NCBI GenBank assembly: GCA_050633205.1
Contig: JBOEGA010000019.1
Coordinates: forward strand, 5,711-69,710
DNA length: 64,000 nt
DNA from: Methyloligellaceae bacterium
GTDB taxonomy: Bacteria > Pseudomonadota > Alphaproteobacteria > Rhizobiales > CBDHHC01
Reading direction: 5' to 3'
Below, piece after piece: positions 40,959 through 51,507 of this stretch (position 1 is its first letter; the number at the start of each line of letters is the position of its first letter). Under the pieces are notes generated by a model that saw nothing but the letters and a program-made list of their open reading frames with translations, searched no databases and had not been told where the DNA came from. Both the position numbers and the translations under genes were made by a program.

Positions 40959-41369
40959 GTGATTGAATTCCACGATAATCTGGCGGGAAAGATAATAGTT
41001 CGCCCGGATGTTTCCCACCATTTCATGAGACTTCGGCCATTAAGTATTATTGTTACCGCCAGCTACAACAATACAGAAATAGCCGTCAGCTCAGCTGCAA
41101 TAAAACTTTTCGAAGTCGGAAAAGATTTTTATGACCCCGTCATCTACTTCCCCCGCTCTGATATAAAGATGGAACTGCTGACAGGCGTAGAAAATCTGTC
41201 AACCCACTGCCCTCTGAAAGGCGACACAGAATATTTTGATATTTCAACTCATGATAAAACTTTGGAAAAAGCTGCCTGGTCCTATAACAAGCCACTTCAG
41301 ATAGCTGAAGAACTTCGTGATTTGATTGCTTTTGATGCTTCAGTAATAGACATTGTCGAGCGCAAATAA
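40959..41369 (+). CDS. DUF427 family protein
   Basis: YFPRSDI, THCPLKGDTEYF, AAWSY; AAGGAG SD. Confidence 0.85.
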   Translation: MIEFHDNLAGKIIVRPDVSHHFMRLRPLSIIVTASYNNTEIAVSSAAIKLFEVGKDFYDPVIYFPRSDIKMELLTGVENLSTHCPLKGDTEYFDISTHDKTLEKAAWSYNKPLQIAEELRDLIAFDASVIDIVERK

Positions 41370-41371
41370 AA

Positions 41372-41401
41372 AGAAGCCGGATATTAAAATACCCGGCTTC
41401 T
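41372..41401. terminator. probable terminator between convergent genes
   Basis: AGAAGCCGG...CCGGCTTCT with an A run on the left. Confidence 0.65.
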
Positions 41402-41429
41402 GGAGAGTTTATAGATGGAGGAGTATTTA

Positions 41430-42155
41430 TTAGAAAGAGGCTGACAGAGTAGCTGTAAAGCGCTCGTCAGAAGCAGCAGTGTCTACATCAGTGTCGTGGT
41501 AACGCAGGTCAATTGCATAATTGCTTGCGAAGCCCAGAGATACACCAGCATTCCAGTAAGTATAATCACCACCAAGACCTGTGAAGTCAGTGTCATCATC
41601 AACCAGACCAACAACAGCTTTGAATGTTGGAGTGAATGGCCCTATTTTAGATGAAAATGCTTTTTCAAAAGCAAACTCATATGTGTAAACTTCATCATCT
41701 GTATTCAGGTAAGTTGTGAACCCAAGCGTTGCACCAGCATAAACTTCAGCACTCGCACCAAGCTTGACCTCAACAACTTCATCGGCATCGTCATAAGCAT
41801 ATACGATTACACCAAGATCAAAAGTAATGCCCTTGTACACAGGTTTGATACCTGCATAAAAATCAACTTCTACAGTTGTATCATCACCAAAATCTACGTT
41901 TGAGCCCCAAACACCCGCGTAGAAGATACCGCATGAAGCGTCAACACCACCCTGTACAGCAGCATCGCCATCAGTCTGTGTAACGCCACGGAAAATGTAA
42001 TCATTGGTCAAAGCCACGTTAGCTGAAAGGCCACATGCACTTTTTTGGGCTGGAGGAGCCATAAGATCACCACCTGCAAATGCAGAAGCGCTCATCATTA
42101 CTGCGGTAAGGCCACCCAGAATGCCAGTCTTTAATGTTTTTGAGATTGTAGACAT
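41430..42155 (-). CDS. TorF family putative porin (outer-membrane beta-barrel)
   Basis: Signal peptide, NDYIFRGVTQT...AVQGGVD, YAGVWGSNV, EVDFYAG, terminal Phe. Confidence 0.85.
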   Translation of the reverse strand: MSTISKTLKTGILGGLTAVMMSASAFAGGDLMAPPAQKSACGLSANVALTNDYIFRGVTQTDGDAAVQGGVDASCGIFYAGVWGSNVDFGDDTTVEVDFYAGIKPVYKGITFDLGVIVYAYDDADEVVEVKLGASAEVYAGATLGFTTYLNTDDEVYTYEFAFEKAFSSKIGPFTPTFKAVVGLVDDDTDFTGLGGDYTYWNAGVSLGFASNYAIDLRYHDTDVDTAASDERFTATLSASF

Positions 42156-42474
42156 ATAACTTGCCTCTATTTTTCTAACTATTTACTGATCAAGCAGGTA
42201 AAGTGCATAAATTCAATACAGGTTACCCGAGAATTTCAGAGCAAAATAAGCCTGTCTTCTAGACTGCTTTTCCGGCTCAGCAACATCCATGAGTAAAGAT
42301 TACTCTACAGTTAGATTTAGTAAATACGGGAAATGACCTGTCATATGCTTGTCATAAACATGAAAGCAGTTTTGCAACAGTCGGACTAAAAGTGATAAAT
42401 TAATAGACAGCTATGCTGAGAAATTAGTCATAATAACACATGCAAAAAGGTATTATATAACCTCAGTATGTTTT

Positions 42475-43395
42475 TTAGGCAGGTACACCAAGACGCTTGA
42501 TCTCCCAGTGAAGATCAATTCCCGAATTTTCCATGACCCGGGACCGTACTGTCTCGCCCAGAGTTTCAAGATCATTCGCAGTGGCGTTGTCAACGTTCAG
42601 AAGAAAATTACAGTGCATCTCAGAAACCTGGGCACCACCAATTTTCAGCCCCCGGCAACCAGCCGCATCAACAAGCTTCCAGGCACTGTTCCCTTCAGGA
42701 TTCTTGAATGTTGAACCACCGGTACGGCCTTTGATTGGTTGATGCTGTTTGCGATATTCGGAAACCTCTGTCATCTGCGCAATAACAGTCTCTTTCTCGG
42801 CGGGTTGCCCCTGAAAAACGGCCTGGGTAAATATCCAGTCATCCGCGACAGAACAGTTACGATAAGAAAAACCCATCTGCTCATTACTTAGAGTATGAAT
42901 CTTCCCTTCAGGATCAACAGCACGCGCCTCTACCAGAACATCTTTGGTCTCGGTGCCATGTGCACCACCATTCATGCGAAGAGCACCACCAACACCACCG
43001 GGAATACCATTATAAAAAGCAAGTCCGGAAAGACCTGCATCAGCCGCGGCGCGCGCAAGCCTTACATCTGGAACAGCAGCTCCTGCCCGGATACGGCAAT
43101 CTTCCTCGGCAGCAATCTGATTGAAACCACGCCCAAGACGAATAACAACACCCGGTATACCACCATCACGAACCAGCAGATTCGATCCAAGGCCAATCAC
43201 GAGCTTTGACAGTTCTTTTGGAGCATTTTCAAGAAAATAGGCCAGGTCTTCCTCATCCAGAGGGGAGTAAAGCACCTGTGCTGGTCCGCCAACACGGAAC
43301 CAGGTAATCCCAGACAGAAGACTGTTTGCTGCCAGCCTGCCACGCAGTTCCGGCATCAGATCTTTCAGATCGGCAGTAATATCTGGAAAACTCAC
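42475..43395 (-). CDS. murB: UDP-N-acetylmuramate dehydrogenase
   Basis: [49 protein letters not shown]; GTGA overlap with murC. Confidence 0.96.
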   Translation of the reverse strand: MSFPDITADLKDLMPELRGRLAANSLLSGITWFRVGGPAQVLYSPLDEEDLAYFLENAPKELSKLVIGLGSNLLVRDGGIPGVVIRLGRGFNQIAAEEDCRIRAGAAVPDVRLARAAADAGLSGLAFYNGIPGGVGGALRMNGGAHGTETKDVLVEARAVDPEGKIHTLSNEQMGFSYRNCSVADDWIFTQAVFQGQPAEKETVIAQMTEVSEYRKQHQPIKGRTGGSTFKNPEGNSAWKLVDAAGCRGLKIGGAQVSEMHCNFLLNVDNATANDLETLGETVRSRVMENSGIDLHWEIKRLGVPA

Positions 43396-44846
43396 GCCCC
43401 GACTCCAGCCTGATTTAGTGATGCTGCAGGTTGAACCTGCGAAATAAGAGCACCGGGAAGCGCATGAGACCATTCTGTAATTGATCCGGCTCCAAGACCT
43501 ATAACCAAATCACCTGGTTCTGCAAACTTGCTCAACCACCCTGTTAATTCTTCAAGGCTGGAAACGCTGAGGACATCCTTATGACCTGTGGCCTGAATAC
43601 CTGATACCAGTTCATTCTGCCCAAACCCGATAATAGGATCTTCACCAGCAGCGAAGACCGGAGCAATCACTACGGCATCGGCATCACCGAAGCATCCGCA
43701 GAAATCCTCAAACAGGCTTTGCAATCTGGTATAACGGTGCGGCTGCATAACAGCAATCACACGGCCTTTGGTAACATTTGAAGACGCTTTTAAAACCGAA
43801 GAAATTTCAACTGGATGGTGGGCATAATCATCATAGAATGAAATATCATTCCACTGCCCTGTATTCGTAAAGCGGCGTTTCACTCCACCAAAACCAGCCA
43901 GAGCATTTCTTGTAACATGATCAGGAATATTCAGCTCCATTGATACAGCTATGGTCGCCAGTGCATTAAGAGCATTATAGAGGCCGGGAACCGACAGGCG
44001 AACATCTTCCATACGCCCGGAATGCCCATTCATGGCTCCACCGAGAATAACATCAAAGACCATTCCGGCACCATCAGCGCGTAAATTCTCCAGACGGATA
44101 TCAGCATCAGCAGCTTCGCCGTAAGTCAGGATACGCCCAGGACTTTCCATCCCACGGCGTTGCTCAACCATCTGACGAACAACCGGGTGGTCTATGCAGG
44201 CAACTGTCAGGCCATAGAATGGAATTTGAGCGAAAAACTTCTGAAAGGCCGCATGCATCCCTTCTACAGAACCATAATAATCCAGATGTTCAGGGTCAAT
44301 ATTGGTCACAATACCAATCTGAGTTGGCAGCTTTACAAATGTTCCGTCAGACTCATCAGCCTCAACAATCATCCACTCGCCGTTACCGATCCGTGCATTG
44401 GACTTCCAGCGGTTGATAATACCACCATTAATCACTGTAGGATCAACCTCAGCTTCTTCCAGCAATGTCGAAACAAGAGAAGTCGTTGTTGTTTTTCCGT
44501 GAGTTCCGGTAATGGAAATCGTAGACTTGGAGCGCATTAGCTCCGCAAGCATTTCAGCGCGACGAATTATCGGATGGCCCTGCGCTCTGGCTGCATCATA
44601 TTCAGGGTTTCCCGGCTTTACAGCCGTAGAAATCACCACATAGGCAGCATCTGCAATATTTTCAGCTTCATGGCCAATGAAGATTTTAGCACCTTTTTCG
44701 CGCAAACGCTGCGTATTGGCGCTGTCCTTCAGATCACTACCCTGAACCTTGTATCCCCGCGCAAGCATAACTTCAGCAATCGCGCTCATGCCAATACCGC
44801 CAATACCGACAATGTGAAACGGTCCTATTCCATGGGGTAGCTGCAT
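43392..44846 (-). CDS. murC: UDP-N-acetylmuramate--L-alanine ligase
   Basis: [49 protein letters not shown]. Confidence 0.97.
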   Translation of the reverse strand: MQLPHGIGPFHIVGIGGIGMSAIAEVMLARGYKVQGSDLKDSANTQRLREKGAKIFIGHEAENIADAAYVVISTAVKPGNPEYDAARAQGHPIIRRAEMLAELMRSKSTISITGTHGKTTTTSLVSTLLEEAEVDPTVINGGIINRWKSNARIGNGEWMIVEADESDGTFVKLPTQIGIVTNIDPEHLDYYGSVEGMHAAFQKFFAQIPFYGLTVACIDHPVVRQMVEQRRGMESPGRILTYGEAADADIRLENLRADGAGMVFDVILGGAMNGHSGRMEDVRLSVPGLYNALNALATIAVSMELNIPDHVTRNALAGFGGVKRRFTNTGQWNDISFYDDYAHHPVEISSVLKASSNVTKGRVIAVMQPHRYTRLQSLFEDFCGCFGDADAVVIAPVFAAGEDPIIGFGQNELVSGIQATGHKDVLSVSSLEELTGWLSKFAEPGDLVIGLGAGSITEWSHALPGALISQVQPAASLNQAGVGA

Positions 44847-45120
44847 AATTATTATTCCTTTAGTTCATGAGATATTCGGCTTTAAAAACCTCAGGACCTC
44901 TTGCCTGTCTACACATCACCTTTAACGGTGTTTCCCGGCGTCTGCTGCGAATCAACTTCAGTTTACGTTATTTTCCCGAAATTCAATAAACCACAACAGT
45001 AAAACTCTGACAGGAATATCCTACAACCTTGATATTTCCTAATCTTTTTATCACAACAGTGTAAACAGTCTGCAAGAAATCTTGCTCAAATTGCGGCAAC
45101 AGGTGTGGTACCAAAGTCCC

Positions 45121-46221
45121 TTATCCACCATTTACCATATCTTCGACCATGTCAGCCAGCAAACTGACGGCCTGTGGTTTACCAACCTGTCTGGCTGCCT
45201 GAGCAGCCTGAACCAGCTTACCGGGATTATTCAGCATCCCTTCCAGTTCCGCTGCCATACGCTGAGGTGTAAGATCTTTTTGAGCTATACACCAGGCACC
45301 GCCAGCTTCCATCAGACGATTTGCATTCTGTAACTGGTCATTGTCAAGAGCATGAGGCAATGGAACCAGTATCGAAGGACGCCCCAGAACAGCCAGTTCC
45401 GTAACACTGGAAGCTCCCGAACGGCCAATCACCAGATGACAGGACGCCATAATCTCGGGTAAGTTCTTGAAAAACGGCGCAAGCTCAGCCTGCACACCAA
45501 GAGACTGGTAGATCTGATTAACCCGATCAAGATCTTCTTCCCTGCATTGTTGTACAATTCTAAGGCGACCACGGAGATTCTCAGGTAAAAGTGCAATTGC
45601 CTCAGGCACTGTGTCAGAAAAGAAACGGGCTCCCTGACTTCCACCAAACACCAGCAGGTTAAATGGACCGTTCGGTATAGGTGTATCATACAGCACAGAA
45701 CTGGAATCCAGGACAATCTGGCGGACAGGATTACCCGTGACACGCACTTTTTTCAGGAATTTATCCTTAACATTCTTAGTCTTATCAAAGGACGCGGCAA
45801 TATTCTTAACCAATGGAGCCATCATTCTATTGGCCCGCCCCATTACTGCATTCTGCTCATGAACAGCAGAGGGTACTCCCCGCATCTTTGCTGCAATCAG
45901 CGGAGGGAAAGTCGGATATCCGCCAAAGCCGACGATTGCTTTGGGTTTAATCCGTCCAAGATGTCGATAGGCTGCAAATGTCCCGCGCATTAACATAAAG
46001 GCTGTACGCATCAATCCAATCGGAGAGCGGCTGCTGAATGTCGCGGAAGGGATTTTGTAAACTTCACGTGCCGGAAACCCTGAACCATAACGGTCTCCAC
46101 GCATATCAGTCATCAGATCGACCACATATCCACGGCGCTGTAACTCTTCTGACAAGGCAAATGCAGGAAACAGGTGTCCACCAGTTCCCCCAGCTGCCAA
46201 TACAATGGACTTCGAAGACAT
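45121..46221 (-). CDS. murG: undecaprenyldiphospho-muramoylpentapeptide beta-N-acetylglucosaminyltransferase
   Basis: AAGGTGGHLFPA, GFGGYP, HEQNA, TGNPVR, GGSQGA, RSGASS, DQLQNA. Confidence 0.97.
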   Translation of the reverse strand: MSSKSIVLAAGGTGGHLFPAFALSEELQRRGYVVDLMTDMRGDRYGSGFPAREVYKIPSATFSSRSPIGLMRTAFMLMRGTFAAYRHLGRIKPKAIVGFGGYPTFPPLIAAKMRGVPSAVHEQNAVMGRANRMMAPLVKNIAASFDKTKNVKDKFLKKVRVTGNPVRQIVLDSSSVLYDTPIPNGPFNLLVFGGSQGARFFSDTVPEAIALLPENLRGRLRIVQQCREEDLDRVNQIYQSLGVQAELAPFFKNLPEIMASCHLVIGRSGASSVTELAVLGRPSILVPLPHALDNDQLQNANRLMEAGGAWCIAQKDLTPQRMAAELEGMLNNPGKLVQAAQAARQVGKPQAVSLLADMVEDMVNGG

Positions 46222-46250
46222 GTGACTAATCCTCTCTTATTATTATTCTT

Positions 46251-47381
46251 TTATGCCCGGTTATCTGTAAAATATCCTGATTGCTGCCGCATTAGACCCA
46301 ACAGCATCCCCATGGTCAAGCCCATTGCCAACATTGATGAACCACCATAGGAAATGAATGGCAGCGTCATTCCCTTGGCAGGAATCAATGCCAGATTTAC
46401 AGACATATTAATAATTGCCTGCAATCCAAATAACATGGTCAAACCGACGATGGACAGCCTGATGAAGGCATCAGGCTCATTTAAAGCCCTCATAAACCCT
46501 CTAATTACCACAAAAGCAAACAAAACCAGCAAGATCAGACAGGCTATAATTCCAAACTCTTCAGCCACTACAGCAAAGATAAAATCTGTATGAGAATCTG
46601 GCAAACTGAACTTGATCTTGCCCTCTCCTGCTCCGCGTCCAGTCCACCCACCAATACGAAAAGACTCCAGAGCCCGTTTCATCTGAAATGAGTCGCCAGT
46701 GTCAGGGCTGATAAAACGATTAATCCGGTTGGCCACATGTGGAAGAGCGGAATACGCAACAATCAACCCGGCAACAGAACTGCCCGCAAGGATACCAACC
46801 CAGCGCCAGGACAAGCCGGCAAAGAAGAATAAACCGCCCCATACCATTGTTATCAATAGTGCCTGCCCTACATCAGGCTGTAATATTAACAGTAAGGCAA
46901 AAATTCCATAAACGCCGAGAGCTATCTGTGTTGCCGGCATATCGGGGTAACTATATCTCTGGGCAAACAGCCATGCTGCCAGAAGTACAAATGCAGGCTT
47001 GGCAAACTCAGAAGGCTGTAGAGACAGCCCCCCAATTAGAATCCAGCGCTGTGCTCCATTCACTTCAGCTCCGATAACCAGCACCATAACCATCAGAACA
47101 ATGCAGATAAAAAATATAGACAGAGCAGCTCGCCTTAAGCTTTTCGGATCAAGCAGTGAAACGAAAATCATAATGAGAACTGCAGGGAAAAAGAACAGAA
47201 CCTGACGCTTAGCGAAATAAAAGGCGCCAAGATCTCTTTGTGCTGCAATAGGAGGACTACTGGCAGCAACAGAAACCAGTAAGCCCGCCATCATTATCAA
47301 CATGATAGCACCAAGCATCAGTCTATCGACAGAGAACCACCATTCGCTAAGCAGGCTGCGATCTTCACGGCGCAGCCTCAT
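46251..47381 (-). CDS. ftsW: peptidoglycan glycosyltransferase FtsW
   Basis: WWFSVDR, GAQRW, QPSEFAK, LQPDVG, PDSHTDFIFAV..EE, PFISYGGSS; upstream of murG. Confidence 0.94.
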   Translation of the reverse strand: MRLRREDRSLLSEWWFSVDRLMLGAIMLIMMAGLLVSVAASSPPIAAQRDLGAFYFAKRQVLFFFPAVLIMIFVSLLDPKSLRRAALSIFFICIVLMVMVLVIGAEVNGAQRWILIGGLSLQPSEFAKPAFVLLAAWLFAQRYSYPDMPATQIALGVYGIFALLLILQPDVGQALLITMVWGGLFFFAGLSWRWVGILAGSSVAGLIVAYSALPHVANRINRFISPDTGDSFQMKRALESFRIGGWTGRGAGEGKIKFSLPDSHTDFIFAVVAEEFGIIACLILLVLFAFVVIRGFMRALNEPDAFIRLSIVGLTMLFGLQAIINMSVNLALIPAKGMTLPFISYGGSSMLAMGLTMGMLLGLMRQQSGYFTDNRA

Positions 47382-47402
47382 GCCTGTTTCTACCATATCC
47401 AA

Positions 47403-48863
47403 TTACTTGGCTACGGGAACGGCAACAAAACGCCAGTCCCCTTTGTTGTCAGCAAGCAGAAGTAATACAGACTTTCGCCCTGCCTCTTTAGCCATTGCTA
47501 CCCGGTGAGCAACATCGGCTGTAGATTTCACTTCCTTTTGTGTAACCTCGACAATGACATCGCCAACTTTAATATTTCTCTCGGCTGCGATGCTGCCTTT
47601 TTTAACATCAATAATTATAACGCCCTGAACCTTATCCTTCACATTATATTTTTTGCGAAGCGCAGCGCTTAAAGCCGTGATTCTGATCCCTTTCAGAACA
47701 TTACTTACACCAGATGCATTGCGGGCAACTTTCTTCCTGGATTCATCCTCGATAAGACGGCCGATTTTGACCTTGATAGTTTTTTTCTTACCTTTCCTCA
47801 GGATAAGAACATCAACCTCTACATCAATATCAGTTTTAGCGACGATCCTTGGCAGTGCTCTCATGGTGGTAATATCCTGATTATTAAATTTCAGGATAAC
47901 ATCACCGACCTGTATTCCAGATGCATCAGCAGGGCTTCCAGGTGTTATACCCGCCACCAGCGCTCCTGAAGGCGTACTCAGGCCGAGGCCTTCTGCAATT
48001 TCATCCGTCAGGGCCTGTATTCGAACACCAAGCCATCCCCTTCTCGTTTCACCATATTTTTTGAGCTGGTTAATAACGTGAACGGCTGTTTGTGACGGCA
48101 CTGAAAACCCGATACCGATAGACCCGCCGGTAGGAGAAATGATTGCCGTATTAATTCCGATTACCTCGCCTTCCATATTAAACAGAGGGCCACCGGAATT
48201 ACCCCGGTTGATTGCGGCATCTGTCTGGATGAACTCGTCATATGGTCCTGATTTGATATCACGCTTTTTTGCTGACACAATACCAACAGTAAGGGAACCA
48301 CCAAGGCCAAATGGATTTCCAATAGCCATAACCCAGTCACCAACACGTATTTTTGACGAGTCGCCAAACTTTACTGCTTTTAAGGGTTTTTTGGGCGCAA
48401 CCTTCAGAATAGCAATATCCGTCTTAGGGTCCACACCAAGTATTTTGACAACCTTTAGTTTTGTACCATCATTAAAGTTAGCAACTATTTCTTCCGCACC
48501 ATCAATCACATGGTTGTTGGTAACAATGATCCCGCTTGGATCAATAACAAAACCTGAGCCTAGTGAACGAACGCGCCGTTGCTGATCCTGACCATTAGGC
48601 CTGTTAAAAAAATCATCAAAGAACTCTTCAAATGGTGAGCCCTTAGGAACATTTGGCAGTGGTATACCCTGAGCGCCTTTTACAGTCTGAGATGTAGAAA
48701 TATTAACAACTGCGTCCAGAAGAGGCTGAGCTACATCAGCTACGGATTGCGGGCCTTTGGCCTGGGCCGGATGAATAATTGCTGATACAGCAAAACAGAT
48801 TATGATCAGGAAAGCTTTCAGCTGACCTATGTATTTCCCAGAATTATGAGATGCACCAAACAA
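47403..48863 (-). CDS. Do/DegQ family serine endoprotease with two PDZ domains
   Basis: SLGSGFVI, TNNHV, DIA, QTDAAINRGNSGGPL; follows hflKC; start uncertain. Confidence 0.93.
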   Translation of the reverse strand: MFGASHNSGKYIGQLKAFLIIICFAVSAIIHPAQAKGPQSVADVAQPLLDAVVNISTSQTVKGAQGIPLPNVPKGSPFEEFFDDFFNRPNGQDQQRRVRSLGSGFVIDPSGIIVTNNHVIDGAEEIVANFNDGTKLKVVKILGVDPKTDIAILKVAPKKPLKAVKFGDSSKIRVGDWVMAIGNPFGLGGSLTVGIVSAKKRDIKSGPYDEFIQTDAAINRGNSGGPLFNMEGEVIGINTAIISPTGGSIGIGFSVPSQTAVHVINQLKKYGETRRGWLGVRIQALTDEIAEGLGLSTPSGALVAGITPGSPADASGIQVGDVILKFNNQDITTMRALPRIVAKTDIDVEVDVLILRKGKKKTIKVKIGRLIEDESRKKVARNASGVSNVLKGIRITALSAALRKKYNVKDKVQGVIIIDVKKGSIAAERNIKVGDVIVEVTQKEVKSTADVAHRVAMAKEAGRKSVLLLLADNKGDWRFVAVPVAK

Positions 48864-49219
48864 ACTGATTATTCCTTTTTTTGACCTGAGAGAATACGCA
48901 TTTCAAGAATTCCATAATCACTCTCTATAGAATAAGAAAAAAACTGAACTGAAGCTCTGTACACGACAGCCAGTGCTATACGCCGATGATACGAATACGA
49001 TATTACACGATAACTTAAATTCTAATAGTCTTACATTATGCCATATGTATCAGAAACATAAATCCGGAATTACTGCTTTTTTCACAAATGAAATAAATTT
49101 TTTGAGAACCTTTCCAGCGAACACACCTCCCAAAAGAGGTGAAAATAAATAAGGCCCATACAAATTCATTTGCATGAGCCTTAATGATTTATAGTATTTC
49201 ACCAGTCAGGAAAACCGGA

Positions 49220-50101
49220 TTATTTTTTCTCAACAGTTCCTGTTGAACTCTTCAGATATTTAAAGAACTCGCTGTCAGGTGAAAGAACAAAGCGTGTGTT
49301 TGCACCCTTAAAGCTTTCCTTGTAAGCCTGCATTGAGCGATAAAATGCAAAGAATTCAGGGTCTTTAGAAAAGGCTTCAGCGAAGATTTTGTTTCTCTCT
49401 GCTTCACCCTGACCACGAATGATACGTGCATTACGCTCTGCTTTCGCGACTATCTCAACAGCTTCACGGTCAGCCTCCGCCATAATACGGATCTTTTCAG
49501 CTTCACCCTGAGACCGGATGGCCTGAGCTTCTGCTGCACGCTCGGAAACCATTCTCTGATAGGTATTTGTCAGAACTTTCTGGGAAAGATCGGTTTTCCG
49601 AATACGAACATCCACAATCTCAATACCAAGATCACTGGTTGTTTCTTTCATCTTGTCACGAATCTCAACCATCATTCTTGCACGGTCTTCAGTCAGGGCA
49701 GCACGGAATGAGCGCTTACCATAAACCTCACGAAGAATACCGTTAAGCTGTCTGTCAATACGAAGGTTGGCTTTAACAGGGTCTGCACTCAATGTTTCAC
49801 GAAACTTCTGTACATCAGAAATCCGGTACATTGTGATTGCATCCACTTCGAAGATACTGTCGTCATTAACATATACTTCAAGGTCTTTGCTTTCCTTGTA
49901 CAAAATCCGTTTGTCAATAAACAGAACCTGATCCCATGGAAGCTTGAACTTCAATCCAGCTTCAGGGTACTGCTTTTGAACTTTACCAAAACGGATAACC
50001 AGTGCTGTCTTGCTCTCATCTACGATGAATATACAGAAATATGTCGTAAGCACCAGGCCGGCAAGGATTACAATAAATAATCCAGTCAGAAAACTACGCA
50101 T
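49220..50101 (-). CDS. hflC: protease modulator HflC
   Basis: N-terminal TM, SPFH domain, RMVSER, DPEFFAFYRSMQAY, SPDSEFFKY. Confidence 0.94.
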   Translation of the reverse strand: MRSFLTGLFIVILAGLVLTTYFCIFIVDESKTALVIRFGKVQKQYPEAGLKFKLPWDQVLFIDKRILYKESKDLEVYVNDDSIFEVDAITMYRISDVQKFRETLSADPVKANLRIDRQLNGILREVYGKRSFRAALTEDRARMMVEIRDKMKETTSDLGIEIVDVRIRKTDLSQKVLTNTYQRMVSERAAEAQAIRSQGEAEKIRIMAEADREAVEIVAKAERNARIIRGQGEAERNKIFAEAFSKDPEFFAFYRSMQAYKESFKGANTRFVLSPDSEFFKYLKSSTGTVEKK

Positions 50102-51171
50102 TATTGACCTCCTCTTCTCTGGTTATTAAGCTCTGATAATGGCAGGTAAGGAACTACTCCAGACTTACCATTCTGCTCAATAATGACTTTATTTGCATTA
50201 CTAAGAACATCCTGAATCGTATTCAGGTAAAGCCACTTGCGTGTTACGTCTTTGGCTTTGGCATATTGTTCATAGACTGATAGAAAACGCTTGGCCTCAC
50301 CTTCTGCTTCAGCAACGACCTTGGCTTTGCCACCTTTTGCGTCCTCAACCTGCTTGGAAGCACCACCGCGGGCTTGACCAAGAACAGTTTCTCTGTGCTT
50401 GTTTGCTTCCTGTATTGATTTGGATTTATCCTGCTTGGCTTTTTGCACATCCTGGAAAGCATCTTTCACTTCTTCAGGAGGGGCAACCGCATTCAGAACC
50501 ACGTCACGAATAAGAATACCGGATTTATATCTGTCCAGTGTCTTCTGGATGATATCCTTAACCTGGTTTCTGATAACATTCTTATCAGTTGTTCTTACTT
50601 TTTCAGCAGGTGTTCTTGCTACAATCTCACGAATAGCACTATCCGCAACAATGCGCACAAGTCTGTCTGGTGCCTGAGTCTCAAACAGATATTGTTGAGC
50701 ATCAGTCACACGCCACAGAACAGTAAAACTGATATCAACAAGGTTCAGATCGCCTGAAAGCATTACACTTTCACGACCTTGAGGAAAAGTATCAGTATTC
50801 TGAGAGGTAAATTTTACAATTGTTAGCGTATCAATTGGCCAGATAACAAATTTCAGACCACCATCTATATAAGTCTTGTGATATTTGCCAAATCTTTTAA
50901 CAACACCACGCTCATCAGGCTGGATCGTATAAAAACTGTTAGCTGCCCAGATACCAAGTGCCGCAACAATGACAATCAGCCATATCAGGCCACCGCCACC
51001 GCCGGGCATTGCCTGTTTGAATTTATCCTGACTGCGTTTAAGCAGATCTTCCAGATCAGGTGGCTTGTTTCCGCCACCGCCGCCAGAACCGCCGCCTTGA
51101 GGTCCTTGCCCCCAAGGGCCGCCTCCGCCGCCTTTCCAGCCGCCACCACCATTTTGATTGTTCCAAGGCAT
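50101..51171 (-). CDS. hflK: FtsH protease modulator HflK
   Basis: MPWNNQ Gly-rich start, PPDLEDLL, SPFH domain, VVPYLPL. Confidence 0.95.
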   Translation of the reverse strand: MPWNNQNGGGGWKGGGGGPWGQGPQGGGSGGGGGNKPPDLEDLLKRSQDKFKQAMPGGGGGLIWLIVIVAALGIWAANSFYTIQPDERGVVKRFGKYHKTYIDGGLKFVIWPIDTLTIVKFTSQNTDTFPQGRESVMLSGDLNLVDISFTVLWRVTDAQQYLFETQAPDRLVRIVADSAIREIVARTPAEKVRTTDKNVIRNQVKDIIQKTLDRYKSGILIRDVVLNAVAPPEEVKDAFQDVQKAKQDKSKSIQEANKHRETVLGQARGGASKQVEDAKGGKAKVVAEAEGEAKRFLSVYEQYAKAKDVTRKWLYLNTIQDVLSNANKVIIEQNGKSGVVPYLPLSELNNQRRGGQ

Positions 51172-51388
51172 ATATTTTATTCCCCAGGTGTTTTTAAGAA
51201 TTTAAAGTTACAGTCAGCCGCCAGGCCAACCAAAGTCGTTCAATTAATATGTATGGAAGAAAAACTTCACATTCACACAGATTAGATTTTTATGATCCAG
51301 ATACAGACTATTTAGCTTGAAAAGTTTTTCTCAGACCAAAAAAACTATTAAAACCAACAAACAATCCGCAAAATGCCCTGCCCCGTGT

Positions 51389-51417
51389 ATATAGGACACC
51401 AGCACCAATGGTGCAAT
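51389..51417 (-). promoter_or_regulatory. RpoH (sigma32)-type promoter candidate for hflK
   Basis: Minus strand ATTGCA-N16-CCTATAT, close to the rhizobial RpoH consensus CTTGAA-N15/16-CCTATAT. Confidence 0.5.
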
Positions 51418-51507
51418 GTATTGACAAGGGTACAGGGCAGGTTTTTTTAGGGTCAGGACAAAGTTTCAGAAATCCCTGACGAAAAGGTTAATAAAGGTCT
51501 GAATTAT

